From: an uncultured bacterium
GTDB lineage: Bacteria; SAR324; NAC60-12
Assembly (NCBI GenBank): GCA_965662235.1
Contig: CBFIGY010000008.1
Span: forward strand, 1-64,000
Reading direction: 5' to 3'
Length of the DNA stretch: 64,000 nt
Within the stretch, counting starts at the first letter, position 1. Each line of letters starts with the position of its first letter. Made by a program: the position numbers and the translations under genes. Of the stretch, positions 1 to 10,982 are shown piece after piece. The notes beneath the pieces were generated by a model. That model was given only the letters and a program-made list of their open reading frames with translations, made no database searches and was not told the origin of the DNA.

Positions 1-504
1 GGAACCGACGGTAGTAGCAGTTACCTGTATGATGTCTGGACTTCTGAAGATGGAATTAATTGGACCTCCGAGCCCATTTCCCCTCCCTCCATTTGGACGG
101 CTCGGGCGGATCACACCGCGACGGTCTTTGAGGGACAGATGTGGGTGATGGGGGGGACCGGAACGAGTGGGAAACTGAATGACGTCTGGCACTCCTCTAC
201 AGATGGAACGAGTTGGACCTCCGTGTCCACTTCCTCCATTTGGCCGGCAAGGACTGGTCACCACGCCGCCGTTTTTGAGCAGGCTCTCTGGGTCGTCGAA
301 GGTGACAACGGTAGCACGGGTCTCAATAATGGAATTGTCAACTTCTGGACCTCTCCTGAGGGAAACACCTGGACGACCGGCTCCTCGGATTTAACTTGGG
401 ACAAACCTGTCGCAAACGGGGTGCTTCTGCGCTACAACAACGCCTTGTACCTGGTTGGAGAAGACGGCTCGTCCTCAAGCGTGGTCCTTCGCTACGGCAA
501 ATGA
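1..504 (+). CDS. Kelch-like beta-propeller repeat protein, C-terminal part (5' truncated by window)
   Basis: Frame 1 is open from base 1 (GTDGSSSYLYDVWTSEDGINWT...). Repeated DVWxSxDGxxWT and RxxHxAxVFxxxLWVxGG units. Confidence 0.8.
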   Translation, partial: GTDGSSSYLYDVWTSEDGINWTSEPISPPSIWTARADHTATVFEGQMWVMGGTGTSGKLNDVWHSSTDGTSWTSVSTSSIWPARTGHHAAVFEQALWVVEGDNGSTGLNNGIVNFWTSPEGNTWTTGSSDLTWDKPVANGVLLRYNNALYLVGEDGSSSSVVLRYGK

Positions 505-540
505 GGAATCGGACGTAGATTGCTCGCCTTTTTTGGGGTG

Positions 541-556
541 TGGCCTTCTGTTTGCA
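541..556 (+). promoter_or_regulatory. sigma54 (-24/-12) promoter of flgB operon
   Basis: TGGCCTTCTGTTTGCA has exact GG-N10-GC spacing, about 48 nt upstream of the flgB ATG. flgBC is sigma54-dependent in many polar-flagellum systems. Confidence 0.7.
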
Positions 557-603
557 TTTTATCCTGTAACAGTACGGTTCAACCCTAGCCACACGGTCAA
601 ACA

Positions 604-1020
604 ATGGCAGGCATCCTAAACAGTAAAGTCACGACCCTTGCTCAGAAGTCTCTGGATTTCCGGAGCAAACGACACGATGTGTTGGCCTCAAATGTAGCCA
701 ACATGAGCACCCCTGGTTACCAGGCAGAAGACCTGGTCTTTGAGAGCACCCTTGCCGCTGCCCTCAATGCTGATCAGCCGGGTCCTTTGAAGACGACGAA
801 TTCTCGACACTTGGACGGGCGCTCGACCCCGCCTCTGGAACTGGCTCAAGCCCAGCGCATCCGGAGTGCTGCGCCGCATCCGAGCGAGAACGGCAACACC
901 GTGGATCTCGACAAGGAGATGGCGAAGATCGCTGAGAATCAGATGATGTACAACGCCTCTCTGCGCATGCTGCAGCATGAGTTCCGCATGCTCAAAACCG
1001 CTATTTCCGAGGGTCGCTGA
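604..1020 (+). CDS. flgB: flagellar basal-body rod protein FlgB
   Basis: LASNVANMSTPGY N-terminal rod motif; NGNTVDLDKEM; 138 aa; precedes flgC. Confidence 0.95.
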   Translation: MAGILNSKVTTLAQKSLDFRSKRHDVLASNVANMSTPGYQAEDLVFESTLAAALNADQPGPLKTTNSRHLDGRSTPPLELAQAQRIRSAAPHPSENGNTVDLDKEMAKIAENQMMYNASLRMLQHEFRMLKTAISEGR

Positions 1021-1466
1021 TGAGCTTCTTTTCTGCCCTGAACACCAGCGTTTCCGGAATGACGGCGCAACGATTGCGCGTCAATACGATTTCGGAAAAC
1101 ATTGCCAACGCCCAAACCACACGGACTCCGGAAGGCGGACCTTACCGTCGGCGCGAGGTGATCCTTGCTGCCGTTTCCAACGACCGTACTTTTGAGGAAG
1201 AGCTGCGCTCGCAAGACCGCTCTCTGAGCACCGCAACGGAAGTCAAGGTGGTGGGCATGACGCAAGACCGACGTCCCCCGATCCTGCGCTATGAGCCCGG
1301 ACATCCCGACGCCAACGAAGAAGGATACGTGGCCATGCCCAACGTCAATGTCATGGAAGAGATGGTGAACATGATGATGGCGTCTCGTGCCTACGAAGCC
1401 AACACGGCCGCATTCAATGCCTCAAAGAAGATGGCAGAATCGGCCCTGGATCTGGGAAGAGGGTAA
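1020..1466 (+). CDS. flgC: flagellar basal-body rod protein FlgC
   Basis: SENIANAQTTRTPEGGPYRRR; YEPGHPDANEEGYVAMPNVN; EMVNMMMASRAYEAN. Confidence 0.97.
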   Translation: MSFFSALNTSVSGMTAQRLRVNTISENIANAQTTRTPEGGPYRRREVILAAVSNDRTFEEELRSQDRSLSTATEVKVVGMTQDRRPPILRYEPGHPDANEEGYVAMPNVNVMEEMVNMMMASRAYEANTAAFNASKKMAESALDLGRG

Positions 1467-1528
1467 CCACTTCAACCTTCGGGCGGCACGCCAAGGAGGC
1501 ACCGTCGCCTAACGCCATGGAGGCTTAA

Positions 1529-1792
1529 ATGACTGAACCCAATTGCCTTTCAATGGAGTCGATGCCATTGAATGAAACTCTGGCGCGGATGTCGCATCTC
1601 TCAATTCAGGCGGGCCAGACCCTGAACAATCTGCCCACCAGTCCGGAGCAGATGCTGGAAAGTGCAGCGACCATGCGACAGTTCCATAGCCAGCTCATGG
1701 ACGCACGCGCTCACCTGACTGCCCTCTACCAGAAGCAGCGGACTGAACGTCACACATCCTCGCACCCTTTTTTTGAAGAGACGTCCCCATGA
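1529..1792 (+). CDS. hypothetical protein, possibly a divergent FliE-like paralogue
   Basis: GGAGG RBS just upstream; stop overlaps the fliE start (ATGA); LMDARAHLTALYQ resembles FliE MLQVRNKLVTAYE. Confidence 0.6.
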   Translation: MTEPNCLSMESMPLNETLARMSHLSIQAGQTLNNLPTSPEQMLESAATMRQFHSQLMDARAHLTALYQKQRTERHTSSHPFFEETSP

Positions 1793-2088
1793 ACGTACCC
1801 AAGGTAACCACAAATCCCTTGCAGGCGCTCAACTCAGCCACTCAGCAGGGGCCCCAGCAGCCTCAGGATACCGGAGTGTACGGTTCGTTTGCCAACATGC
1901 TGGATGCTGTCAACCAGCAACAGCTTGAGGCAAGCAGCAAGAAAACCGAGCTGATGACGTCTCAGAATAAAGACATCCACGGGACCATGATTGCCTTGGA
2001 AAAAGCTGACATCTCCATGCGGCTGATGCTCCAGGTCCGCAACAAGCTGGTCACCGCCTATGAAGAGGTGATGCGCATGCAGGTGTGA
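1789..2088 (+). CDS. fliE: flagellar hook-basal body complex protein FliE
   Basis: DIHGTMIALEKADISMRLMLQVRNKLVTAYEEVMRMQV is the canonical FliE C-terminus. Confidence 0.96.
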   Translation: MNVPKVTTNPLQALNSATQQGPQQPQDTGVYGSFANMLDAVNQQQLEASSKKTELMTSQNKDIHGTMIALEKADISMRLMLQVRNKLVTAYEEVMRMQV

Positions 2089-3288
2089 TCACTTGATCAC
2101 TTCCTCCAAGTAACGCTGCTGGCGCAAGGTGCCTTCACCTTGCTGCCGGTTGCGCCTCATGATGTCCTCCCGAAAGCTTGGGTTTGCCTGAAAATCGTAG
2201 TCAAACTTGAGCGGCCGAATTCCCTTCTCCGACCAATACCCCCGTCCTTCCCGCGTCTCACGGCGTGTCTGTGAAGCCATGCTAGGCCGCGACATCTGTT
2301 GGGCCTGCTGCTGCATCTGCGAGAAGCTCTGCTGCAACTGACCCAACGTCTGCTGAGTCTGCTGAGCTCCCTGCATGGCCTCTCCCGGACTTCCTTCGCC
2401 AATGGACTGCTCGGTTGCTTCTGAAGACTGCCGGCCCTGCTGCATCAGGGATTCGGCTGACTGAGCGGACATCAAGGAGCGGCTGTCGAGGTTTTCCAGC
2501 ATCTCTTGCATCTTCCGGATCATCTCACTGATCTGCTGCTGCATCTGCTCAGCCGTCATCTGTTCCTCAGAGGGCATCTGTGACTCCCCCTGGTGAGGCT
2601 GAAGCTGCTGCTGGACCTGTTGCTGCTGCTGCATGGCCTGCTGCAGTTGCCGCTGCAGCTCCTGAAGCTGCTTCTGGGCCTCGGCAAAGCGTTCATCGTA
2701 GTGCTGCTGAAGCTGCTGCTGAAGCTGCTGCTGCTGCTCGTTCAGGGCAGAGAGCATCTGGTTCAGCAGCTCCTGCGCCTCCTGAACCCGGTTTTCCTCG
2801 AGCAGCTGCCGGAGTGCTTCCATGAGAGTATCGACGGGCACCTCCGGAGGCGCTGCTTCATTGGGCTGCTGGGGCAGGAACGAAGCCAGGTCCTGCTGCT
2901 GCTGAAGCATCTCCTGCAGTTGCTGTTCGAACTCGGCCAGCATCTCCATGACCTGATCCTTCAGCTCATCATCCGGATTCTGCCGCAGCTCCTCCATCCA
3001 CTGCTCCAGCGTCTGCAGGTCCTGAAACGCATCATCGCTTTCACTCAGGGTGTCCTGCTGCTCTTGCTGTTCCAGAAGCAGACGAAGCCGCTGCCGGAGG
3101 TCTCCCATGGTCCGATGCTCCTCCTGCATCAGCACCAGCTGCTCTGGAGTGGGAGCACTCTCAGCCCAGACGACAGCAGGGAGGTTCAGTCCCAACAGAA
3201 GCAACACCCCTGTTCCTGGGGCCAGGACGTGGCTGAGAATTCCCTTGTTGATGCTCAGGGTCTTGTGGTATTTTTGTACGTTTTTCAT
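2089..3288 (-). CDS. exported Gln-rich coiled-coil protein (DUF4175 C-terminal-like)
   Basis: Hydrophobic signal-like segment ending AVVWA, then Q/E/M-rich heptads, ending YLEEVIK. Start chosen at MKNVQ; the ORF could extend to 3324. Confidence 0.6.
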   Translation of the reverse strand: MKNVQKYHKTLSINKGILSHVLAPGTGVLLLLGLNLPAVVWAESAPTPEQLVLMQEEHRTMGDLRQRLRLLLEQQEQQDTLSESDDAFQDLQTLEQWMEELRQNPDDELKDQVMEMLAEFEQQLQEMLQQQQDLASFLPQQPNEAAPPEVPVDTLMEALRQLLEENRVQEAQELLNQMLSALNEQQQQLQQQLQQHYDERFAEAQKQLQELQRQLQQAMQQQQQVQQQLQPHQGESQMPSEEQMTAEQMQQQISEMIRKMQEMLENLDSRSLMSAQSAESLMQQGRQSSEATEQSIGEGSPGEAMQGAQQTQQTLGQLQQSFSQMQQQAQQMSRPSMASQTRRETREGRGYWSEKGIRPLKFDYDFQANPSFREDIMRRNRQQGEGTLRQQRYLEEVIK

Positions 3289-3338
3289 GGCAATCCGGCC
3301 TGGCTTTTTTAGATTCCAACACAATCAACAGCAATAGC

Positions 3339-5126
<1,788 letters not shown>

Positions 5127-5143
5127 TTCCGGAAATTTTTGTC

Positions 5144-5182
5144 CCTGAATGGAATTAAGCTTGTGCCTCGATTCCATTCAGG
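5144..5182. repeat. 12-bp perfect inverted repeat downstream of aspS (hairpin or operator)
   Basis: CCTGAATGGAAT (5144-5155) and ATTCCATTCAGG (5171-5182) with a 15-nt spacer; no clear U-tract. Confidence 0.6.
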
Positions 5183-5404
5183 AGATGATGGTGAATTGCT
5201 TTCATCTCGACCCTGTCAACGTTGACCCTTCCCCAACTCACTGCCTTGGCTCAGTTCTGAGAGCTTCCTAGACGTCCTTCCTCAAACGGACGCATTCTGG
5301 TTTTTCCCTGCCTTCCCTGTACCCGCTTCGGCTGCAAACGCGGACATCGTGTCCCCAAACGGCATGGACAACCAATTCTTGATTCCATTCCTTTTTGGAG
5401 ACTC

Positions 5405-6994
5405 ATGACCTTGTTTTCTGACCTGCAACTGCTTCCAGCCCTTCAGCACGCCTTGGATGAGCACGGCTATGCCGAGCCTACTCCGATTCAGGCCCAGTCG
5501 ATTCCGACGCTGCTGTCGGGGCAGGACCTGCTGGGCATTGCCCAGACGGGAACGGGCAAGACGGCGGCGTTTTCGCTGCCGCTGCTGCAGAACCTGATGG
5601 CGAGCAAGCAGAAGCGCCGACCGGGCACCCCCCGGGCGCTGGTGCTGGTGCCGACCCGCGAGCTGGCGGTGCAGGTGCACCAGGCTTTGCAAAAGTACGG
5701 GCGGAACCTGCCGCTCCGCAGCGCTGCCATCTTTGGAGGCGTTCGCATGCACAGCCAAACCCGTGCGCTGCAGCAGGGGGTTGACATCCTAGTGGCCACT
5801 CCCGGGCGCTTGGGCGATCACCTCCGTCAGCAGCACCTGACCCTTGCTGGTGTAGAAGTCTGGGTGCTAGACGAAGCCGATCGGATGCTCGACATGGGCT
5901 TTTTGCCTGAGATCCGTAACCTCGTCAAGCAGCTGCCGGAAGAGCGCCAGACCATGCTCTTCAGTGCCACCATGCCGGCTCCGATTGCCAAGCTGACCAC
6001 GGACCTGCTGCGCAACCCCACCCGTGTCGAAGTTGCACCGGAATCCACACCCGTGGAGCGCATTGACCAGCGCCTCTACATGGTCTCAAAGGAGCAGAAG
6101 CGACACCTGCTTCACTCCCTGCTCAGCGAAAAAGCGGTCACCCGCAGCCTTGTGTTCACCCGCACCAAGATTGGTGCTCAGCGCTTGGCACAGATGCTTC
6201 AAAAGCAAGGCATCACGGCTGACGCCATTCACGGAAACCGGACCCAGAGCGCCCGTCAGAAGGCCCTCAAGGACTTCAGCCGTGGACGCCTTCAGGTGCT
6301 GGTTGCCACCGACGTGGCCTCCCGTGGCATTGATGTGGATGCGGTCTCGCACGTGTTCAACTTTGAACTCCCAGACGAGCCCGAAAGCTACGTGCACCGG
6401 ATCGGTCGTACCGCTCGCGGTGGCGCCGAAGGCATTGCGGTGTCCCTCTGTGCGCCTGATGAGCGCAAGAAGCTCCGGGCCATTGAACAGACCCTGCGGC
6501 AGAAGCTGGCGGTTCAGGAGTGGGATCGGAGTGTGGTTCCAGAGAAAAGCCAGGCAGCCGTTGAGCGCGCCCCTCAGGACTCCGCACCTCGGGCAGAGCG
6601 TCCGGAGCGTTCCGGACGACCTCAGTCGGCTCGCCCTCGACGTCCACAGCGGGAAACCCCAAGGTTCCGGGATTCCTATGGACCGGCGGCACAGGAACGC
6701 CCTCGTGACTCATACGACCGCGACGGCTACCGCGGCAAGAAGCGCGTCCACTCGGGCTTTGAGCCCCTCCGGGAGCGTTTCTACGAAGAGGACGAGCGCA
6801 AGCAGCCCCGCAAGAAGCGCAAGCCTCACTTTGCCGAGGCCACGGAGCGCACCCCTCAGTCAGACGCCGAGGGAGCTCCCCGGCGCAAGAAGCGTCGGGT
6901 GTACGTGCCGCAGCACCACGAAGCCGCGTCGCGTCGCAAGGCCCGGCCTGCTGAATCGCAAGGCACGTCGCCTCAAACGCCGAAGGCGGCCTAA
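5405..6994 (+). CDS. rhlE: DEAD-box RNA helicase, RhlE-like, with basic disordered C-terminal tail
   Basis: Q-motif PTPIQ, AQTGTGKT, PTRELA, DEAD, SAT, YVHRIGRTAR. Confidence 0.9.
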   Translation: MTLFSDLQLLPALQHALDEHGYAEPTPIQAQSIPTLLSGQDLLGIAQTGTGKTAAFSLPLLQNLMASKQKRRPGTPRALVLVPTRELAVQVHQALQKYGRNLPLRSAAIFGGVRMHSQTRALQQGVDILVATPGRLGDHLRQQHLTLAGVEVWVLDEADRMLDMGFLPEIRNLVKQLPEERQTMLFSATMPAPIAKLTTDLLRNPTRVEVAPESTPVERIDQRLYMVSKEQKRHLLHSLLSEKAVTRSLVFTRTKIGAQRLAQMLQKQGITADAIHGNRTQSARQKALKDFSRGRLQVLVATDVASRGIDVDAVSHVFNFELPDEPESYVHRIGRTARGGAEGIAVSLCAPDERKKLRAIEQTLRQKLAVQEWDRSVVPEKSQAAVERAPQDSAPRAERPERSGRPQSARPRRPQRETPRFRDSYGPAAQERPRDSYDRDGYRGKKRVHSGFEPLRERFYEEDERKQPRKKRKPHFAEATERTPQSDAEGAPRRKKRRVYVPQHHEAASRRKARPAESQGTSPQTPKAA

Positions 6995-7014
6995 CGCCCT
7001 TCCTCCGGGAGCGG

Positions 7015-9555
7015 TCAGCTCAGGATCTTCCTGAAGTCGATCACGTTCTTCCGGAGGGCAAAGACCACCGTCGTCAAGGCGATGGAGGGCGGATACTGAT
7101 ACCGCTGACTCATGTTGTTCAGAATCCGCTCCACAAACTCCTGCACCTTCGGATGCACCCGCTCATAGGTCCCTGGATCGTTGAGCCGGTAAAAGAACGC
7201 GTTCCGGAGGTGTTCGGGGTCAATTTCCTCATCGAGCTTCCGGTGCGAGAGCAGCTGCGCGTACTCGCGGGAGAAGCACTTCAGCAGCGTGTCCTGACGG
7301 GACGCGATGATCGACTTTCCCTCCTCCAAAACCAACTCCTCGCTCGCCTGGAAGTCCAAGAACTTCTGTGCAACCTCCTGCCGGAAGCGGTGAGGATCAG
7401 CCTGTGGCGCAAGCACCTGTTCAATTGACTCCATGTAGCTCTCGTCCGGCTCATCTATTTTTTGTCCGGACCGTGGGTCAATGAAGGAGAAGCGTGGCAC
7501 CATCACGTGGGCAAAGGCCTTGTTGCCGGTTGCACGGGCCAAAAGGGCGTGCTGGAGGTAGCGTCGCAGGTCCTGCTCAATCTGCGCAGGATCCCGATCA
7601 ACGGTGCAGACGGTGATCTCCTTCCGGAGGATGGTGTGGTAGAGAGCCTTCACCACCCGGACCAGCCCGTGGAAGTCTCCGTAGTCGCCCTCTCCTTCTC
7701 CAAACTTAAAAGCTTCCAGCGCCCGCTCCGGAATGGGACGGCGCTTGTGTAGGTACTGCGAGTCCATTTCCAGCCAGTGGTGCAGGTCGGAGCCTTCGCT
7801 CATGAGCTTCTTGAGTTGGCTGAGGAAGATCCCAACGTGCACCTTGCGGCCGTCTGAGTTGGCCACGGTGTTGCGCATCACATTCTGCAGCTGCCGGATG
7901 GAAATGCCGTTGCGCCCCTCATTCGGGTAGTGCTCCTCCAGCAGGAAGCGCATGAACTCATCATCGAGCAGCTTCAGCTGTTCCTCGTCAAAGAGCCCGC
8001 AGTTTCTTAAGGAAATCGCGTCCGGGTGCCGCTCAATGCACTGGGCAAAGCTCTCGGGATCGTTGAGGTCCAGTCCCACTCGCAGGGCCTCGTTGCGGAA
8101 CGGGTGCCAGTGCGGGAGCTTCTGAATGGTGTGGATCGGGTCCTCATTGAGGGAGGAAAAGATCATCAGCTTCTGCTCAGGCGAGATGCTGAGGTAGAGG
8201 TCGATTTTTTCCGGACTCCACTGGGCCGGAAACTTTCGACGCATCGGGGGCAGCAGCCGGGTCATCACCGAAAAGTAGGCTGCAATCCGGAAGAGGTTGG
8301 GATCCACCTCGTACTTTTCCCGGATGTTGGCGAGGTCGCGGCGGAGGATGTCGGTTTCGGAGCTGGCGTCCAGCAGGTAGTTGACCGGCACCTTCTCAAT
8401 CCGGTCGAGTAGCTTGGAAGAGGTGAGCTGCTGGTCGAGCATCTCCATCTCTTCAATGTTGGTAGTAAGGATGACGCTGGTGTCAAGCGCGGTCTGGGTC
8501 GATTCCAGAGAGATGCGTCCGCTTCCCAGCAGCATCAGCAGGGGCTTGTACTCCGTCTCCCGGATGCTGTCGCCGCTGGTTCCAAAGGCATCGTGAATGT
8601 GGAGGATGCCGCGGTTGGCCCAGATGGTGGCGCCTTCGTAGCTGTAAAACGCTTTGCCGGGGACATGCTCGCTGATGATGGCCACGTCTTCAGCAGAGAG
8701 CTCAAAGGGACGCGTCCGGACCCGAAGCTGGCTCATGTCGTCAATGTTGGAAATGCCTTTGGCCTGGGCTCCGGAAAATTCAATTTCTTCCACCCGTACG
8801 TATTCCTCCAGCAGGTCGTAGAGCGACTTCTCCCGGTTACGCGGATTGTTGAGCAGGCCCTCAAGAATGTCCAGGGTCCGTTTGTCCAGCGAGGCGCTTT
8901 GGAAGAACGTCGGGATCGCCACCCGGTCCTGCTCGGAGCGTTGCTGGTTGAGGTGATCGAAGAGTTCCTGACGGGGGCGGTTGAGCGTTCCGTCTTCGCG
9001 ACGCAGCAACGCTGGGAAAAGGAGAATCGGGCTGTGTCGGAATTCCGAGCGGACCTCGACCGCCCGTCCGGACTGCCCCTCAAAGCGAAAGAAGAAGGAG
9101 TAGAGCCGGAGGTCGCTCTGTTTGGTGAATTCCTCCACGGAGCGGATCAGCAGGTCGACAATGTTCGTCTTGCCCGATGCCGGAGGCCCAAACAGGATCA
9201 CGCCTCGGTTGGGGCCCACCTCCTTGTCTGCCGATTCAATGATGTCCAGCATCTGCTTGACCCCGAACTCCTGACCAAACACCGCATTGATGCCGTTGCT
9301 GAAGGGGTCCTGAAAGACGTTGTAGGACAAAACAGGTTCCCCACTGCGGATGAGGATCCGGAAGCCAAAGTGCTTGACCGCAGCCGTAATGAGGGAGGAG
9401 GAGGTCTGAAGGAAGTTCTGGGGGTGTTCGAGAAACTCCTGAATGAATGCTGAAAAGCTCAGGGTACGTTTCCGGTTGAAGCGAAGCAGGTCCCGATAGT
9501 TGAAACCCGGCAGGGTCAATTCCGGAAGCGTCTGTGCGCGTGCTTGCGGTTCCAT
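7015..9555 (-). CDS. PrkA/YeaG-family AAA+ protein (annotated serine protein kinase), divergent and large
   Basis: Walker A GPPASGKT; YSYEGATIWANRG; LLDRIEKVPVNYLL; EGRNGISIRQLQ; C-terminal IDPRSGQKIDEPDESYMESIE typical of PrkA. Confidence 0.8.
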   Translation of the reverse strand: MEPQARAQTLPELTLPGFNYRDLLRFNRKRTLSFSAFIQEFLEHPQNFLQTSSSLITAAVKHFGFRILIRSGEPVLSYNVFQDPFSNGINAVFGQEFGVKQMLDIIESADKEVGPNRGVILFGPPASGKTNIVDLLIRSVEEFTKQSDLRLYSFFFRFEGQSGRAVEVRSEFRHSPILLFPALLRREDGTLNRPRQELFDHLNQQRSEQDRVAIPTFFQSASLDKRTLDILEGLLNNPRNREKSLYDLLEEYVRVEEIEFSGAQAKGISNIDDMSQLRVRTRPFELSAEDVAIISEHVPGKAFYSYEGATIWANRGILHIHDAFGTSGDSIRETEYKPLLMLLGSGRISLESTQTALDTSVILTTNIEEMEMLDQQLTSSKLLDRIEKVPVNYLLDASSETDILRRDLANIREKYEVDPNLFRIAAYFSVMTRLLPPMRRKFPAQWSPEKIDLYLSISPEQKLMIFSSLNEDPIHTIQKLPHWHPFRNEALRVGLDLNDPESFAQCIERHPDAISLRNCGLFDEEQLKLLDDEFMRFLLEEHYPNEGRNGISIRQLQNVMRNTVANSDGRKVHVGIFLSQLKKLMSEGSDLHHWLEMDSQYLHKRRPIPERALEAFKFGEGEGDYGDFHGLVRVVKALYHTILRKEITVCTVDRDPAQIEQDLRRYLQHALLARATGNKAFAHVMVPRFSFIDPRSGQKIDEPDESYMESIEQVLAPQADPHRFRQEVAQKFLDFQASEELVLEEGKSIIASRQDTLLKCFSREYAQLLSHRKLDEEIDPEHLRNAFFYRLNDPGTYERVHPKVQEFVERILNNMSQRYQYPPSIALTTVVFALRKNVIDFRKILS

Positions 9556-9710
9556 CGCAACTCCTGGGAGAACGTTTAGACCTGGACCAGCAGGAAGGCT
9601 CGCCGAGCAGAATCAGGGACCGGTGGGTCCTGGCGCTGGCCCGTACTCAGCACACAGGGTGTGCGCTTGAGACAAAACTAGCAAGCAGAGGGCCCTCTTT
9701 GAAAAGGATA

Positions 9711-10946
9711 TCAGCGATTTTGCTCACCTCCTGCTGAGGCCTCCAAGCGCACACGGACGCGCCAGGCCAAAAACGGCACCACTGCTAGGCAGGCAAACGC
9801 AATGACGCCCACCAGCGGCATGCCCTCCAACCGTCCGGATTCCATGTGGAGGATGGCAGCGCTCCAGAATCCGCCCAGCCCCATCGTCAGGTTCGAGACA
9901 ATCATGCTCATGGCCATCAGGCGACCCCGGATCTCAATGCCGGTCAGGTCGGTCAGCACCGCCTGCAGTCCGGGCATGCGCACCGATCCTCCGAGCATGA
10001 TGCCAAAGAACATTGCTCCCGACCAAGCGGCCGGAATGACTTCTTGGGTGGCCACCACCAGCACGGTTCCCATCAGCAGCGAGCCGCCACCAATGAGGCT
10101 CAGCCGCAGGCCGCGTTTCAGCAGCCATCCGGCGGCCTGGTTTCCAACAAGGCTCCCGATGCCACCCTGCATGTACGCGATGCCAATGGCCGTGGCCGAC
10201 ATGCCAAAGTTGGCGGTCAGCCAGGCGCTGAGGCTGGGGATGAAGCCAAAGAGGCCGATGAGCATAAAGAACTGCATGGTGAAGACGAGGCGGACTTCAG
10301 AACGGCGCAGCAGGCCCAGCATTTCTCCATACTGCGCCCAGATCTTTCCAAAGGCGCCCGTGGAGATGCCGGGGAGCGTCAGTAGAAATCCGGTGGCCGC
10401 CGCCGCGAGCACCGTGATGACCCCGAAGGCCCAGCGCCACGAAGTCACTTCCGCCAGCCAGGATCCCAGCGGAACCCCAACAATGGAGGCAATCGTGAAG
10501 CCAAGCATGATGTGGGTGATGGCCCGGGAGCGATCGTTTCCTCGGAACGCGTCTCCTGCATACGCAAGGCAGTTGGGCATGATTGGACCAGCAAACGCCC
10601 CTGAGAGGATCCGGAAGCCGAGAATGGTGGGGACGTCTTGTGCCAGCGCGCACCCTAAGGTGGCCAGGGTAAAGCCGGCTCCGAGGATCACCAGCATGCG
10701 CTTGCGTCCCAAGCGGTCGGAGTAGGGCGCAAAGATGAACGCGGAGATGGCCGCTGCCGCAGGATAGACCGACACCAGCAGGCCGCTGCGCTCCAAGGCA
10801 AGTCCGGTGTCTTGCGAGATGCCAGCGCTCAGAGGAACCATCACCAGGTGATCGATCCACGCTGCAAACGTCAGGGCAAAGAGCGGAAGCAGCGCCTGCA
10901 GGTAGGTCGGTGTGCTGACAGGTTGAGCAGAGGTTGGGGCATTCAC
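9711..10946 (-). CDS. MFS transporter (DHA1-like)
   Basis: About 12 hydrophobic segments; motif A SDRLGRKR. Confidence 0.9.
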   Translation of the reverse strand: MNAPTSAQPVSTPTYLQALLPLFALTFAAWIDHLVMVPLSAGISQDTGLALERSGLLVSVYPAAAAISAFIFAPYSDRLGRKRMLVILGAGFTLATLGCALAQDVPTILGFRILSGAFAGPIMPNCLAYAGDAFRGNDRSRAITHIMLGFTIASIVGVPLGSWLAEVTSWRWAFGVITVLAAAATGFLLTLPGISTGAFGKIWAQYGEMLGLLRRSEVRLVFTMQFFMLIGLFGFIPSLSAWLTANFGMSATAIGIAYMQGGIGSLVGNQAAGWLLKRGLRLSLIGGGSLLMGTVLVVATQEVIPAAWSGAMFFGIMLGGSVRMPGLQAVLTDLTGIEIRGRLMAMSMIVSNLTMGLGGFWSAAILHMESGRLEGMPLVGVIAFACLAVVPFLAWRVRVRLEASAGGEQNR

Positions 10947-10982
10947 CAGAGGTTTGGGGTCGCGGGGTTCGTGGGGAGCTGG

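Noticed and set aside
2580..2760. CTG/CAG triplet runs as a repeat array or CRISPR
   Set aside because: Low-complexity poly-Gln coding sequence; no repeat-spacer structure.
2593..3312. 239-aa Leu-rich ORF on + strand
   Set aside because: Antisense shadow of the CAG-rich (Gln) gene; CTG runs are its complement.
6024..7034. 336-aa alternative-frame ORF over the helicase
   Set aside because: No motifs, Arg/Pro/Ser-rich; typical off-frame ORF in GC-rich DNA.
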